Source of the DNA: the human T2T-CHM13v2.0 reference genome, Homo sapiens
Length of the DNA: 64,000 nt
Assembly (NCBI GenBank): GCA_009914755.4
Contig: CP068257.2
Coordinates: 24,128,001-24,192,000 of the forward strand
Reading direction: 5' to 3'
The translations under genes were made by a program, and so were the position numbers. The notes under the pieces are model-generated. The model was not told the DNA's origin and did no database searches. It saw only the letters and a list, made by a program, of their open reading frames with translations. Positions 63,421-64,000 of this stretch are shown piece after piece. Each line of letters begins with the position of its first letter. Position 1 is the first letter of the stretch.

Positions 63421-64000
63421 TTTGCCGTTGGTGGTGGAGGGCAGCCGCCTCATGTGATGAGGCAAAGGGCCCACTGAACTGTTAACACTTAAGCCGAACG
63501 TGGCTGGCAGAGCTGAAATAGCACTGTAACATGTCCTCTTGGGCTTCAGGGGTCTTAGGTAGCCCCACTTGGATGCTGCCATGGGGCCTGCATAGAGTTT
63601 GCTCCTGCTGGCACCCAAAAGCAGCTGGCCAGATCCCGTATTTGCTTGCCTACTTGCTTCCTCCCACAAGGGGTTGAGTGTGGCAAGCTGAGTAAATGGA
63701 GTTTATTTCTGCCAGCACTCAAAAGTGCTCCCTCTGGTTCCTGCACTTGTTCACTCATATTTTGCCTCCTGTGAGAGGTAGAAAGGGGTGGGCTGAGTAA
63801 ACAACGCACCCCTGTCTTGAATTCCACAAAGGAGTCAAGAAAATATCCTGCTTCAATACCAGGGGGGCTATGCAGCGATGTTATGAATGACCATCAGATT
63901 AGAGAGAAGTGGTGCTGCAGAAGTCCCGAGAGGAGAAATTGTCCAGGGGAAGGTGACTCAATGCCACAGAGAAGACAGGTGAGATCAGGACTAAACTTGC

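Overview
This window reads as primate (human-like, catarrhine) nuclear DNA, not a prokaryotic locus. It is AT-rich, CpG-depleted and saturated with interspersed repeats. I found no operons, ribosome-binding sites, CRISPR arrays or tRNA/rRNA genes, and no defence or biosynthetic system; the 'undescribed system' framing does not fit what the sequence shows. By eye roughly 55-60% of the window is recognisable transposable-element sequence. There are about 55 Alu copies, from old AluJ-like to young AluY with intact CpGs and long pure poly-A tails; many have readable target-site duplications (TSDs). There are several L1 pieces. Two L1s are nested, the inner one flanked by a perfect 13-bp TSD. A long old L1 ORF2 at 31.4-35.1 kb is broken by Alus. 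There are MaLR/ERVL LTRs, MIRs, a MADE1 MITE, and an ERV9 5' LTR (LTR12) with its tRNA-Arg primer-binding site. Simple repeats include (AC)n and a (TTCC)n tract of about 170 bp that grew from an Alu tail. Almost every ORF in the supplied six-frame track is a translated Alu, a translated L1 ORF2 remnant, or GC-rich LTR sequence; I could not establish any protein-coding exon. The points worth a second look are structural or regulatory: the truncated ERV9 5' LTR with its PBS sitting inside an Alu, its CCAAT/TATA promoter module, the L1-in-L1 nest, the GGAA microsatellite, young AluY copies that may be polymorphic, a MADE1 hairpin of the kind that gives rise to miR-548, and a few CpG-retaining non-repeat segments with splice-like borders. 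All coordinates are hand-counted and approximate to within a few bp. Family names are from memory of consensus sequences, not from a search.
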